From Armatimonadota bacterium (GTDB taxonomy: Bacteria; Armatimonadota; Fimbriimonadia; Fimbriimonadales; GBS-DC), in NCBI GenBank assembly GCA_037444405.1, contig JBBIML010000007.1, positions 128,001 to 192,000 on the forward strand: a stretch of 64,000 bases of DNA, in the 5' to 3' direction. This document shows, piece after piece, positions 41,843 through 52,473 of this stretch (its first letter is position 1; every line of letters begins with the position of its first letter). The notes beneath the pieces were generated by a model that worked only from the letters and a program-made list of their open reading frames with translations, made no database searches and was not told where the DNA came from. Position numbers and translations under genes: made by a program.

Positions 41843-42895
41843 TCAACCCTCCAGTCGCCCGCGTCGCAGGCGCAGCGCCGCCACATAGAGAATCAGCACC
41901 GCCTGCACCACGATAGCAATCTCCTTCGGCGCGCCCGTGATCACATGCAGGTTGTAAGTGCCGTTGCGCAGTGCGCTCAATACAAAGGCGGTCAGGATAG
42001 TCCATGCGGGATGGTTCGCGCCCATCAGGGCGACGGCGATTCCGTCGAAGCCGTACTCACTGGGGAAGCCTTCGAAGAATCGGTACTGCATGCCGCACAC
42101 TTCCACCGCGCCTGCCAGCCCCGCCAGCGCGCCGGAGATGAGCATCGCGCCGACGAGATGGCGGCGGGTGGGGATGCCCGCGGCGTCGGCGGCGTCGCGA
42201 TTGGCGCCCGTCGCGCGCAGCTCATAGCCCCACACCGTGCGATAGAGCGATGCCCACAACCCCAGCGCTATCAGGATCGCCAGCATGAAGCCCCAGCTGG
42301 TGAGGCTGAAGTTGCCCAGCGCGGGCAGTTGCGCACTCGCCAGCACAGGTGCGGTCTGCGGCGCGTCGCCCGACGGGTCTTTCAGATAGTCGACCACCAG
42401 CCAGTGCGTGAGGTAGAGCGCGATGTAGTTGAACATGATGGTGGTGATGACCTCGTGGGCGCCGCGCCCCACCTTGAGCAGGGCAGGGAGCAGCGCCCAG
42501 CACGCGCCCGCCAGCGCGCCCATCACCAGCGTTAGCGGCAGGTGCAGACCTGCTGGGACGCCTTGTTGCGTGCCCAGCCATGCGGCGACCAGCGCGCCCA
42601 TCAGCAGCTGCCCCGCCGCGCCGATATTGAACAGCCCCGCCTGCAACGCCACCGCCACGCTCAGACCCGTCAGCAGCAGGAGCGTCATGTCGTGCAGCGT
42701 GCCGTCCCACGCATCCAGCGGCGATACCTGCCCGCCAGGCGGCAAGCCGATTGCGCCCTGCAACATGATTCGGTAGCTCGCCCCGATAGGCTGGTGGCTC
42801 AGCGCGATCAGCAGGGTCAGCACGCCCAGCACCATCAGCGCGCCGAGCAGCGCCTGCCAGAGCCAGCGAACGGTTGCCGGGGATCTCATCCTCAT
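41843..42895 (-). CDS. ABC transporter permease (nucleoside/BMP type)
   Basis: GLFNIG, HEVITTIMFNY, GYELRATG, YGFDGIAVAL. Confidence 0.9.
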   Translation of the reverse strand: MRMRSPATVRWLWQALLGALMVLGVLTLLIALSHQPIGASYRIMLQGAIGLPPGGQVSPLDAWDGTLHDMTLLLLTGLSVAVALQAGLFNIGAAGQLLMGALVAAWLGTQQGVPAGLHLPLTLVMGALAGACWALLPALLKVGRGAHEVITTIMFNYIALYLTHWLVVDYLKDPSGDAPQTAPVLASAQLPALGNFSLTSWGFMLAILIALGLWASLYRTVWGYELRATGANRDAADAAGIPTRRHLVGAMLISGALAGLAGAVEVCGMQYRFFEGFPSEYGFDGIAVALMGANHPAWTILTAFVLSALRNGTYNLHVITGAPKEIAIVVQAVLILYVAALRLRRGRLEG

Positions 42896-43467
42896 GCTCC
42901 AGACGCCGAGCCTGCCGATAAGCCCAGCTGCGACGCGATTGGCTTGAGCGCGTTAATCACATTCTGCACATGCGCTTCGAAGGGCAACCCCAGCTCTTCC
43001 GCGCCGCGCACCAGGTCCTCGCGGTTGACCCCACGCGCGAAGGCTTTGTCCTTCATTTTCTTCAGCACGGCGCGCACATCCACCTCGTCCAGCGAGCGGT
43101 TCGGGCGCACAAGCGCGACGGCAATGATGAAGCCACTGATTTCGTCGCACGCGAAGATAGCGTGTTCCAGTCGGCTCTGGCGGGGGATGCCGGTGTGGTC
43201 GGCATGTGCGCCGACTGCCCGCACAATCACTTCAGGCACGCCGCGCGCCCGCAGGTACTCCATCGCCCGAAAGGGATGCTCCTCCAGCGACGGATAGCGC
43301 TCATAGTCCAGATCGTGCAGCAGCCCCACCACGCGCCAGAGTTCTTCGTCCTCGCCAAAGAGCCGCGCGTAGTACGCCATGCAGGCTTCGACCGCCAGCG
43401 CATGCCGACGCAGATTCTCCGACTGAGTCCATTCACACAGAATCTGCCATGCTTCCTCTCTGGTCAT
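42892..43467 (-). CDS. HDIG-type metal-dependent hydrolase
   Basis: LRRH...GLLHDLDYE...DEISG...KDKAFARGV. Confidence 0.88.
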   Translation of the reverse strand: MTREEAWQILCEWTQSENLRRHALAVEACMAYYARLFGEDEELWRVVGLLHDLDYERYPSLEEHPFRAMEYLRARGVPEVIVRAVGAHADHTGIPRQSRLEHAIFACDEISGFIIAVALVRPNRSLDEVDVRAVLKKMKDKAFARGVNREDLVRGAEELGLPFEAHVQNVINALKPIASQLGLSAGSASGA

Positions 43468-43548
43468 CGGATCGCTCCTGATATGAACATCGAACAGGAT
43501 ACCCTGTGGCGATTACCCCTATGATGCTGGTGGGAAGCCCCTGCAATT

Positions 43549-44766
43549 TTATGCGTGAGCGGACTCGACAGGCTTGAGTTCGGCGAGGGCGCTGGCGATG
43601 CGCTCGACGCCAGCCCGGATCACCTCTTCCGACATGGCGTAGGAGAGGCGCAGATAGCCAGGCGCACAGAAAGCTTCGCCCGGCACAACCGCCACGCGCG
43701 CCGATTCCAGCAGATACTCTGCCAGGTCGGTTGCACTTGTCAGCACGCGCTCGCCCGCGCGAGCGGGCAGCAGCGCCTGCACATTCGCGAACACATAGAA
43801 CGCTCCGCGTGGGATGAAGCACCTTATGCCCTCGAGCGCACAGAGAGCCTCCACCATCACCTGCCGCCGCGCGGCGAATATCTGGCGCACCTTCTCCAGC
43901 CAGCCGTTGTGCTTGCCCTCGCGCAGTGCATAAAGCGCGGCATGTTGTGCAATCGTGCAGGGGTTGGAGGTCATCTGATCCTGCAGGCATGCAACTGCGC
44001 GGGCGACTTCCGTCGGTGCGCCCAGATAGCCGATCCGCCAGCCCGTCATCGCGTACGACTTGGACACGCCGTTCACCGTGATAGTGCGGGCGAACACCTC
44101 TTTGCCCAGCGCCCCGATGCTCTCATGGGTGTATCCATCGTACACCAGCGTCTCGTAAATCTCGTCGGCGATAATCCAGAGGTTGTGTGTGAGCGCGAGC
44201 GAGGCGATGGCTTTCAGCGTCGCGCGCGGATAGACCGCCCCTGTCGGGTTATGCGGCGTGTTGAGGATAATCGCCCTCGTGCGCGGCGTGATGGCAGACC
44301 GCAACTGTTCATAGGTGGGCAGGAAGTCGGTGCTTTCGTCTGTCGGAATGAACACGGGTATGCCGCCCATCAAGCGCACCTGTTCAGGATAGGAGACCCA
44401 GCAGGGTGTGGGGATCAGCACCTCGTCGCCCGGGTTTATAGTCGCCATCAGTATGCTGAACAGCGCGTGCTTGGCGCCGCAGGTTACCACAATCTGGTCC
44501 GGTGTGTAGGGCAGGCGGTTCTCGCGCTGGAACTTCTCGCTGATGGCTTCGCGCAGGGGCGTGATGCCAGCGGAAGGCGTATATTTGGTGTAGCCTGCGT
44601 GGATGGCGTCCAGCCCGCCCGCTTTGGCGAAGTCGGGCGTGTCCAGATCGGGTTCGCCTGCCGTGAACGCCAGCACATCGATGCCCTGCTGGCGCAGCTG
44701 CTGTGCCCGCGCGGTCAGCGCGAGCGTGGGCGACGGCTGAATCTGGCTGATACGCTCCGATAGCAC
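43549..44766 (-). CDS. aspC: Aspartate aminotransferase (class I/II PLP enzyme)
   Basis: GEPD, PHNPTG, DEIYE, SKSYAMTGWRIGY. Confidence 0.88.
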   Translation of the reverse strand: MLSERISQIQPSPTLALTARAQQLRQQGIDVLAFTAGEPDLDTPDFAKAGGLDAIHAGYTKYTPSAGITPLREAISEKFQRENRLPYTPDQIVVTCGAKHALFSILMATINPGDEVLIPTPCWVSYPEQVRLMGGIPVFIPTDESTDFLPTYEQLRSAITPRTRAIILNTPHNPTGAVYPRATLKAIASLALTHNLWIIADEIYETLVYDGYTHESIGALGKEVFARTITVNGVSKSYAMTGWRIGYLGAPTEVARAVACLQDQMTSNPCTIAQHAALYALREGKHNGWLEKVRQIFAARRQVMVEALCALEGIRCFIPRGAFYVFANVQALLPARAGERVLTSATDLAEYLLESARVAVVPGEAFCAPGYLRLSYAMSEEVIRAGVERIASALAELKPVESAHA

Positions 44767-44802
44767 GCTGACGATGCCTCCATCCAGTGCCGATTATACC
44801 CC

Positions 44803-46020
44803 TCAGGTTCGATATGCCGAGTTGATTTTGATATACTCGGCGGTAAGGTCGCTGGACCAGAAGGTGGCGTTCGAATCGCCCTGACCCAGCCACAGGCGAA
44901 TGAAGATTTCCTCCTCCTGCAGTTTCTGGGCGAGCGATTCTTCGTCGAACGGCACGGGGCGACCGTTTTCAAACACCGTCACGCCCTGCAGGCTCAAGCG
45001 CATCTGGCGCGGCTCGATGGGGACACCACTGCGCCCTGCCGCTGCCATAATCCGCCCCCAGTTCGGGTCGCCCCCGTGAATCGCCGTCTTGACCAGCAGC
45101 GATTCGGCAACTGTGCGGGCGACGGCGCGAGCGTCAGCCTCTGTTGCGGCGCCCTCCACGCGCACCTCAAAGATTCGGGTGGCGCCTTCGCCGTCGCGCA
45201 CGATGCGCTTCGCCAGATACTCACACACGCGATACAGCCCGTGCCGAAAAGCGTCCAGCGAACGTTCGGTCAGTCGCACACCCGATGCACCGTTCGCCAG
45301 CACAATCACCATATCGTTCGTGCTGGTGTCGCCGTCCACCGTGATGCAGTTGAAGGTCTGCTCCACCACCGTTTTGAGGATGGTCTGGAGCGTGGGCGCG
45401 TCGAGGGCGGCGTCGGTGGTGAGGAAGGCGAGCATGGTCGCCATATTCGGCGCGATCATGCCCGCGCCTTTGGCAATCGCGCCGATGCGGAGCGTGCCGT
45501 CGGGCGTCTCCAGCGCCAGGCTCACGCGCTTGGGAAAGGTGTCGGTGGTCAGGATGGCGTCGGCGGTGGCGCGGTCGTCCCCGTCGCTGAGGCGCGCCAG
45601 AGCGAGCGGAACACCCGACTCGATCGCGCCCATCGGCATCGGCACGCCGATGATGCCCGTGGAAGCCACGATAACCTGTTGCGGTTCACAGCCGAGCCGT
45701 TCGGCGACGAGCGTCGCCATCCGTTCGGCGTCGCGCTCGCCCTGCTCGCCTGTGAGGCAGTTGGCGTTGCCGCTGTTGGCGATAATCGCACGGGCGCGCC
45801 CGCCCGCCACCACCTGCTGCGACCAGCGCACGGGCGCCGCCTGCACCCGATTCTGCGTGAAAGTGCCCGCCACGCTCGCCTCCATATCCGACACAATCAG
45901 CGCCAGATCGAGCAAGCCGGGCTTCTTGATGCCGCAATAGACGCCCGCGCTCCGAAACCCTTTCGGGAAGTTCACCCCGCGCTGCGGATTCAGCTCGCTC
46001 ATCGGAGAAAGTGTACCCAT
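44803..46020 (-). CDS. argJ: Ornithine acetyltransferase / N-acetylglutamate synthase
   Basis: NSGNAN, STGIIG, KGAGMIAPNMATML, DGDTSTND, DGEGAT, DPNWGR. Confidence 0.96.
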   Translation of the reverse strand: MGTLSPMSELNPQRGVNFPKGFRSAGVYCGIKKPGLLDLALIVSDMEASVAGTFTQNRVQAAPVRWSQQVVAGGRARAIIANSGNANCLTGEQGERDAERMATLVAERLGCEPQQVIVASTGIIGVPMPMGAIESGVPLALARLSDGDDRATADAILTTDTFPKRVSLALETPDGTLRIGAIAKGAGMIAPNMATMLAFLTTDAALDAPTLQTILKTVVEQTFNCITVDGDTSTNDMVIVLANGASGVRLTERSLDAFRHGLYRVCEYLAKRIVRDGEGATRIFEVRVEGAATEADARAVARTVAESLLVKTAIHGGDPNWGRIMAAAGRSGVPIEPRQMRLSLQGVTVFENGRPVPFDEESLAQKLQEEEIFIRLWLGQGDSNATFWSSDLTAEYIKINSAYRT

Positions 46021-46734
46021 TCAGACCCCGCGTGTCGCTTCGAACAGGACACGATGCACCTGCGGCAGCAGGCGCACGCGGTAGAGTCTGTCTTCATGCA
46101 GCCACTGGAGCAGGGATGCCGTCATCGCCCGATAGTGCTGAACCAGCTCGTCGGGCGTCTGCAGGTCGGTGGGCGTGCCAATCTGCAGCACGGCAGGCAA
46201 CTGCGGGAACGCCTCGAACATCGCTCGCGCGTAGAGATAGTCCTCCCGATTGAACACCACGATTTTGAGATAAGTTTCATCGGGCGCATATTGCAGGCAG
46301 GCGTGAACTGACTCAACAGGTGTGCTTTCACCCGCGCTGGGCGGTTTGGGTGACAGCACCAGCACATTCAGCTGGCGGAACCATTCGCGGGCGATGGAAC
46401 CCTGCGTTTCGCACGCCAGCATATAACCCTCCGCCCGCAGCTGTTCCACCAGTCGCTTTAGCGGATGGATGGCGGGGTTGCCGCCCGTGAGCGTGATGAG
46501 AATGGGAGGCGGTGCCAGCTGTTTCACCGCCGCCAGAATCTCCGATTCGGTGAGCCAGCGCCACTCCTCGCGATAGGTCGGCATCACGGCGTAAAGTGTG
46601 TCGCACCAGTCGCACCGATAGTCGCAGCCCCCGAAGCGAATGAACAGGCTCAAACAACCTGCCAGCAGCCCCTCGCCCTGCACCGTCGGACCGAATATCT
46701 CGGCTACAGGCAACCGCCGTTCGCGTGCGTGCAT
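46021..46734 (-). CDS. queE: 7-carboxy-7-deazaguanine synthase (radical SAM)
   Basis: EIFGPTVQGEG, CDYRCDWCD, TGGNP, SPKPPS, LLPQVH. Confidence 0.93.
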   Translation of the reverse strand: MHARERRLPVAEIFGPTVQGEGLLAGCLSLFIRFGGCDYRCDWCDTLYAVMPTYREEWRWLTESEILAAVKQLAPPPILITLTGGNPAIHPLKRLVEQLRAEGYMLACETQGSIAREWFRQLNVLVLSPKPPSAGESTPVESVHACLQYAPDETYLKIVVFNREDYLYARAMFEAFPQLPAVLQIGTPTDLQTPDELVQHYRAMTASLLQWLHEDRLYRVRLLPQVHRVLFEATRGV

Positions 46735-46794
46735 GATATGGTTGTACCCCGTCGGTGAAGTTGTTCGAAAAATCATCTCTTGCGAGCCGCTTGA

Positions 46795-46953
46795 GCAGGG
46801 CGCGGGGGCCGCGCCCCTACTTGACGCGGGTACGGGCGCGGTTCCGCGCCGAACACCCCACTGACCCCTGAGGGTGTTCGAGAGTTCGGGACATAATATC
46901 GACCTGAGTGAAGCCCCCTCACCTGTACCCTCTCCCCCAAAGGTGGAGAGGGA
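46795..46953. repeat. Intergenic repeat cluster: two REP-like palindromes plus a CCCTCTCCC...GGAGAGGG element
   Basis: The second family also occurs at about 30068, 56271 and 57312. Confidence 0.7.
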
Positions 46954-47000
46954 TTAGACTCCTCCCGTGCCAGCGGGTAAAGTGTAAGGGTGGGGGCGCG

Positions 47001-49424
47001 ATGAGGCTGGCGGATGTGATTGTGTTTGCGGGCGGCAGTGCGGGCTACACTGTTTTCACCTACACCGTGCCCGAATCGCTCACGCACGGCTTGCAGGCGG
47101 GCGCGGGCGTGATGGTGCCGCTCGGTGGGCGCATGGCGCTGGGCGTCATCTGGCGTCTGTACGACGGCGAGCCGAGTCTGCCCGCCGAACAGCTTAAACC
47201 CATCGAGTGCGTGCTGGATCAGCCCCTGCTGGATAGCGGGCTGATGCAGCTCGCGCGTCAACTGCAGGAGAACGCGCTCTGCTCACCTGCCGAAGCGGTT
47301 CAGACGGTGCTGCCTGCGCTCGCCCGCGCCCATCTGCACGCTATCGTTGAATTGGTCGAACCCGTGCCGCCCCTGCGCTCGGTCAATCAGCGCATGGTGG
47401 TCGATGCGCTGCGGGCGGCGGGCGGACGGTTGAGCCTGCATGCGCTCAGGCGGCGGCTCGCCGCGCCCATTCTCAACAGCGGATTGCCTGCCCTGCGTCA
47501 GAAGGGGATTGTGCGCACGCTCTATGAGCTGCAACCTCCGCCGGCTCCCTCCCGCGACGAAGCCTGGATCACGCTTAATGCGACGCCAGAGCAGTTAGAG
47601 CAATTTTTTCGGCAGGAGGCGAACCGCGCAAGGGCGCAAAGTGCCCTGCTGACACGCCTGCTGCTGCACCCCGAAGGGCAGATGCCCGTGCGCGAGCTGC
47701 TGGAGCAGACGGGCGCCAGCGCGAACAGCCTGCGCATGCTCGAATCGCGCGGGCTGGTGCGCCGAATCGCGCGTCGCGCGGAGCCAGACATCCGCCCATG
47801 CACGGAACCCGCCATCCCCGCACCGACGCCCCATCAGCAGGCGGTTCTGCAGACCTTGCGGCATGCCATCGAATCGGGGGTCTATCGGGCGTTTCTGCTC
47901 TACGGTGTAACGGGCAGCGGCAAAACAGAGGTTTACCTGCAGGCGGCGGCGATGACCCTGCGCGCGGGGCGCACGGTGCTGTTTTTAGTGCCTGAAATCG
48001 CGCTCACAGCGCAGTTGACCGCCGCCTTCCGCGAGCGGTTCGGGAACGCGGTCGCCGTGCTGCATAGCCAGCTGAGCCCGTCGGAGCGGTATGCGCAGTG
48101 GTTGCGTGTGCGGAACGGTCAGGCGCCGATTGTGGTGGGTGCACGCTCCGCCCTGTTCGCGCCCCTGCGCCGTGTCGGGCTCATCGTTCTGGACGAGGAG
48201 CATGAACCTGCCTATAAACAGCAGCAGTCGCCGCTCTATCACGCGCGTCTGCTGGCGGAGGCGCGGGCGCAAACGGGGCAGGCGGTGCTGCTTCTGGGCA
48301 GTGCGACGCCCGCCTGCGAGACCTTCTATCGCGCCCAGCAGGGTGCGCTCCAGCTGCTGCATCTGCCCGAACGCATCGGTGGCACGCCGCTGCCCGAAGT
48401 GTCGCTGGTTGATCTGCGCGGGCAGCCCCGCACGACCATCAGCCCGCCCCTGCTTGAAGCGATTCGGGAGACGGTCGCGCGCGGGCAGCAGGTCATCCTG
48501 TTCCTCAATCGGCGCGGGTTCGCCCCGATGCTGCTCTGTCGGGAGTGCGGCTTCGTGCCGAAGTGCGAGCTGTGCGCCGTGTCGCTGACCTATCATGTGG
48601 TGGGCGAGCGCGTGCTGCGCTGTCATCACTGCGACGCGCGGGTGGCTGCACCGCGCCTGTGCCACAACTGCGGCGGCATGCGCCTTGTGCCCTACGGCAT
48701 CGGCACCCAGCGCGTGGAGATGACACTCAAAGAGCTGCTGCCCCATTTGCGTGTGGCGCGGCTGGATCGCGATGTGTTGAGCCGTCGCGACCTCTATTTG
48801 CAACTGCTGCAGGCGTTTCGGGCAGGCGAACTCGACGCGCTGATCGGCACGCAGATGGTGGCGCGTGGGCTGGACTTCCCGCGCGTGATGCTGGTGGGCG
48901 TGCTGAACGCGGATACCGCGCTCCATCTGCCCGACTTCCGCGCCGCCGAGCGCACCTTCCAGCTGCTCACCCAGGTCGCGGGGCGGGCAGGGCGACGCGA
49001 GCAGCAGGGACGCACGCTGATCCAGACCTTTAATCCTGACCATCACGCCGTCCGCTGCGCCCGCACGCACGATTATGAGGCGTTCTATCAGCAGGAGCTG
49101 CCGCTGCGCCGCGAGCCGCTCTACCCCCCATTTTGTCGGCTGGTGAACATTCTGGCGCAGGATGCGAACCCGCAGCGGGCGTTCCAGTTGCTTCAGCGTT
49201 TAGGCGCAAGCCTGCCGCAGGTGATGGGCGAGAGCCTCATCCAGATGCTGGGACCCGCGCCTGCGCCGCTCGAACGCCTGCAGGGGCGCTACCGCTATCA
49301 CCTGCTGCTGAAGCTGACACCTGAGAGCCAGCCAGCAGAGGGCTTGCGGGAGGCGCTGAACCCGCTTGAACCGCGCGAGCGCGCGAGCCTGACCGTCGAT
49401 ATCGACCCTGTGAGCCTGCTGTAG
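47001..49424 (+). CDS. priA: Primosomal protein N'
   Basis: GVTGSGKTEVY, DEEH, four CxxC pairs, GTQMVARGLDF, QVAGRAGR, DIDPVS. Confidence 0.96.
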   Translation: MRLADVIVFAGGSAGYTVFTYTVPESLTHGLQAGAGVMVPLGGRMALGVIWRLYDGEPSLPAEQLKPIECVLDQPLLDSGLMQLARQLQENALCSPAEAVQTVLPALARAHLHAIVELVEPVPPLRSVNQRMVVDALRAAGGRLSLHALRRRLAAPILNSGLPALRQKGIVRTLYELQPPPAPSRDEAWITLNATPEQLEQFFRQEANRARAQSALLTRLLLHPEGQMPVRELLEQTGASANSLRMLESRGLVRRIARRAEPDIRPCTEPAIPAPTPHQQAVLQTLRHAIESGVYRAFLLYGVTGSGKTEVYLQAAAMTLRAGRTVLFLVPEIALTAQLTAAFRERFGNAVAVLHSQLSPSERYAQWLRVRNGQAPIVVGARSALFAPLRRVGLIVLDEEHEPAYKQQQSPLYHARLLAEARAQTGQAVLLLGSATPACETFYRAQQGALQLLHLPERIGGTPLPEVSLVDLRGQPRTTISPPLLEAIRETVARGQQVILFLNRRGFAPMLLCRECGFVPKCELCAVSLTYHVVGERVLRCHHCDARVAAPRLCHNCGGMRLVPYGIGTQRVEMTLKELLPHLRVARLDRDVLSRRDLYLQLLQAFRAGELDALIGTQMVARGLDFPRVMLVGVLNADTALHLPDFRAAERTFQLLTQVAGRAGRREQQGRTLIQTFNPDHHAVRCARTHDYEAFYQQELPLRREPLYPPFCRLVNILAQDANPQRAFQLLQRLGASLPQVMGESLIQMLGPAPAPLERLQGRYRYHLLLKLTPESQPAEGLREALNPLEPRERASLTVDIDPVSLL

Positions 49425-49433
49425 GCGCAGGCA

Positions 49434-49880
49434 CTAAAGCACCCGCATCACCTCAATATCGCGTTCGTCTTCGCTCATCGGCGGCTGCTGGAAAATCTGT
49501 TCCAGCTGCTGCGCCACCTCTTCCTCCTCCCGCACATAGATGATGTCGCCGTTCTCCACCGCCATCTGCCACAGCGCACGGTCGCGCGGGGTGACCAGCA
49601 TCAGATCGAGATAGTAGTTCGGCTCCACAATCACATGGAACGCCTGCGCCAGCTGGCGCATGGTCTCGATCTTATCCTCGTGGGTCAAATCTTCGCGCAA
49701 CCAGATGCCGAAAGTGGCGTCGCTCTGCATCACGCCCTCCGCGCGCACGGTGAACGCCAGCACCATCTCCACTTCAGGCGTCTGCGAGAAGATGGCTTCC
49801 AGCAGGGGGATATGACCGGGCGGGATCGGCTGGCGCCCCTCCGGGCGCGGATCGTCCAGAAAGTTCGATTCGTTCACCAT
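49434..49880 (-). CDS. Hypothetical protein, degenerate nucleotidyltransferase-like fold
   Basis: GGAGG RBS; pattern LAFTVRAEG...SDATFGIWL...LDLMLV...ENGDIIY. Confidence 0.6.
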   Translation of the reverse strand: MVNESNFLDDPRPEGRQPIPPGHIPLLEAIFSQTPEVEMVLAFTVRAEGVMQSDATFGIWLREDLTHEDKIETMRQLAQAFHVIVEPNYYLDLMLVTPRDRALWQMAVENGDIIYVREEEEVAQQLEQIFQQPPMSEDERDIEVMRVL

Positions 49881-49942
49881 TTTAAGCCTCCGATGGGGGA
49901 AGTATACCCGAAGGTTATCAGGGCGCGGAGACCGCGCCCGTA

Positions 49943-51289
49943 TTAAGCCCCTGACGGGGCGCCGAACAGGTCGTACACATCGGCACGCTCGATGCGCACG
50001 CTGATAAACTCGCCGGGCGCGGCGGTGCAGTCGCGCACATAGACCAGTCCATCCACTTCGGGCGCGTCGCGGTGGCTGCGCCCGATGGCATACGCGCCAT
50101 CTTCGGAGTAGCCCTCTATCAGCACAAGCATCTCCCTGCCGACCCATTCGCGATTGCGTGCCAGCGAGATGGGTTGCTGGGCGCGCATCAGGCGGTCGAA
50201 CCGCTCGCGCTTGACCCGAAACGGCACCTGGTCAGGCATCCCGGCGGCGGGTGTGCCCTTCTCCCGCGAATAGATGAACGCGCCCACGCGGTCCAATCGC
50301 GCCTCCTGCAGAAAATCGAGCAGCTCCTGAAACTGCGCTTCGGTCTCGCCCGGAAAGCCGACGATGAAGGTGGTGCGGATGGCGATATCGGGCATCGCCG
50401 CGCGCAGACGCTCCACCAGGCGCAAATAGCTCGCGCCATCGCCCGGACGGCGCATCGCCCGCAGAATCGCACGGTTCACATGCTGAAGCGGCACATCCAG
50501 ATAGGGCACAACCTGCGGCAGGCTCGCCATCGTTTCGATCAGCGCGTCCGACACGCGCGACGGATAGGCGTAGTGAATCCGAATCCAGCGGATGCCCTCC
50601 ACCTGCGCCAGCTCGCGCAACAGGGTGGGCAGCATGAAGCGGCGATAGAGGTCATAGCCGTACTGCGTGGTGTCCTGCGCGATGAGATTGATCTCTCTGG
50701 CGCCGTTCTGAGCGAGCCAGCGCGCCTCTTCCAGCACGCGCTCGATGGGCTTGCTCACATGCCGCCCGCGAAACGATGGGATGGTGCAGAAGGTGCAGCG
50801 GTGGTCGCAGCCTTCGGAGATTTTGAGGTAGGCGGACCACGGGGTTCGGCTGCGTAGGCGGGTGGTGACCTCTGCCCAGCGATGGTGCGGCGGCTGGATG
50901 TCCATCAGCGGGGTCGCCTCTCGCCGGTGCGACACGGTGCTGACAATCTCGGCGAAGCGTGCCATCTGCCCCACGCCCACAAAGGCGTCCACTTCAGGCA
51001 ACATCTGGCGCAGGGCGTCGCCCATCCGCTGAACCAGACAGCCGGCGACAATCACCTTCTGCGTATTGCCCGCCCGCTTTTCGCGCAGGGCTTCCCGAAT
51101 CGTCTGCAGGCTCTCCTGTTTGGCAGGTTCGATGAAGCCGCAGGTGTTAATGATAATCATATCGGGCGTGCTCGTGCGGGCATCGAGCTGATAGCCCGCC
51201 TGCTGCAGTACGCCCGCAATCTCTTCCGAGTCGACCTCGTTCTTGGCACAGCCGAGCGTGATCAGCCGCACCGTGCCCCGCTTCGCCAT
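49943..51289 (-). CDS. rimO: Ribosomal protein S12 methylthiotransferase
   Basis: LGCAKNEVDSE, NTCGFI, KISEGCDHRCTFC, DAPEVDG. Confidence 0.96.
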   Translation of the reverse strand: MAKRGTVRLITLGCAKNEVDSEEIAGVLQQAGYQLDARTSTPDMIIINTCGFIEPAKQESLQTIREALREKRAGNTQKVIVAGCLVQRMGDALRQMLPEVDAFVGVGQMARFAEIVSTVSHRREATPLMDIQPPHHRWAEVTTRLRSRTPWSAYLKISEGCDHRCTFCTIPSFRGRHVSKPIERVLEEARWLAQNGAREINLIAQDTTQYGYDLYRRFMLPTLLRELAQVEGIRWIRIHYAYPSRVSDALIETMASLPQVVPYLDVPLQHVNRAILRAMRRPGDGASYLRLVERLRAAMPDIAIRTTFIVGFPGETEAQFQELLDFLQEARLDRVGAFIYSREKGTPAAGMPDQVPFRVKRERFDRLMRAQQPISLARNREWVGREMLVLIEGYSEDGAYAIGRSHRDAPEVDGLVYVRDCTAAPGEFISVRIERADVYDLFGAPSGA

Positions 51290-51373
51290 AACGGATGGAG
51301 TATACCTTGCGCAGGGAACAGGTCCGGGTGTGGAAGAAAGTAGGGTATACTACTGCTGGAGGAGCAAACGACG

Positions 51374-51547
51374 ATGCCGATACTGGGATACATGGGCACA
51401 CAAGAATGGTTGATTGTGCTGGTGATTGTGCTGGTGCTGTTTGGCGCCTCGCGTCTGCCAGCGCTGGCACGCTCGGTAGGGGAAGCGCTCTCCGAATTCC
51501 GTCGCGCCACCCGTGTGGAGGACGAGAGCGAACAGAACGCTCGATGA
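51374..51547 (+). CDS. tatA: Twin-arginine translocase TatA/E (not in the supplied ORF track)
   Basis: GGAGG RBS; MPILGYMGTQEWLIVLVIVLVLFGASRLPALARSVGEALSEFRRATR... Confidence 0.9.
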   Translation: MPILGYMGTQEWLIVLVIVLVLFGASRLPALARSVGEALSEFRRATRVEDESEQNAR

Positions 51548-52473
51548 GGGGAGTGAGCCATCCAGCGACTCAGCCAGCGCGGATACCCCTGCCCGAGCTT
51601 ATCGCATGGCAGGGCATCCAGCTGTGGGTGCCACGCGGATGGTTCCTTGACGGCTTTCACGGCGACTGGCGTGAAGGCATGCTGGCGATTAGCTCGCCCG
51701 GTCAAACGCATCTGGACATCAAGTGGGTACGCACGAGGGCGCGCTCCGACCTGCGGTTCCACCTTCAGCGGTTCCTGAAGCGACTGGAGCGCGACGCGCG
51801 CCGGCGTGGCGCCCGTTTTACTGCCACGATGGACGCCGACGGCACACACAGCATCCGCTTCCGCTGGAGCGGGCATGAGCAGGCGGTCGGGCGCATCCAC
51901 CGCTGTCCGAAGTGCCAGTGTATCACGCTGATGCAACTGCGCTCCGCCTCACGCCATGAGCCGCTGCACACGCTCGCCAGCGCGATTTTCGACTCGGTTC
52001 GCGACCATCCTGACGAGCGTGGGTGGGTCGCCTGGAGCCTGTACGGACTGACCACCGAGCTGCCCGCCCGATTCCGACTGGAACAGCACACGATTCTGAC
52101 GGGTCAGACCCGCCTGGTTTTCCGCAGTGGGTGCGAGCAGCTGATTGTGGAGCGTGTTGCGCGCGCCCAGCAGCTGATGCGCGGCTGGGAGCTGCCCGAC
52201 TGGGCGCATCACTGGCTCGGCTGGCACCGCTGGCACGGCAGAACCCGCTGGCTGGAGCTGGATGGTCAACCCTATCTGCTTCTTGAAGGGCGCCTGCGCT
52301 GGCTCGCACTCCTGAGCGAAACGCTAACCTGCCTGCTGACCCTGCGCCGACCCGCGTGGCGACTCCACGCCGCCGCATGGCTCGACGAGAAAGCGAACGC
52401 TGTGTTCCATGTGCTGCACCGCAGCAGTTGCAAAAGCGAGCTGTTAAAAGAGATTATGGTGGCGACGGGATGA
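51544..52473 (+). CDS. Hypothetical Trp/Arg-rich protein with CxxC
   Basis: ATGA overlaps with tatA and with the downstream gene; CPKC. Confidence 0.7.
   Translation: MRGVSHPATQPARIPLPELIAWQGIQLWVPRGWFLDGFHGDWREGMLAISSPGQTHLDIKWVRTRARSDLRFHLQRFLKRLERDARRRGARFTATMDADGTHSIRFRWSGHEQAVGRIHRCPKCQCITLMQLRSASRHEPLHTLASAIFDSVRDHPDERGWVAWSLYGLTTELPARFRLEQHTILTGQTRLVFRSGCEQLIVERVARAQQLMRGWELPDWAHHWLGWHRWHGRTRWLELDGQPYLLLEGRLRWLALLSETLTCLLTLRRPAWRLHAAAWLDEKANAVFHVLHRSSCKSELLKEIMVATG

Noticed and set aside
51295..51543. N-terminal extension of the 392-aa ORF
   Set aside because: This stretch is occupied by tatA in another frame; the likely start is the overlapping ATG at 51544.
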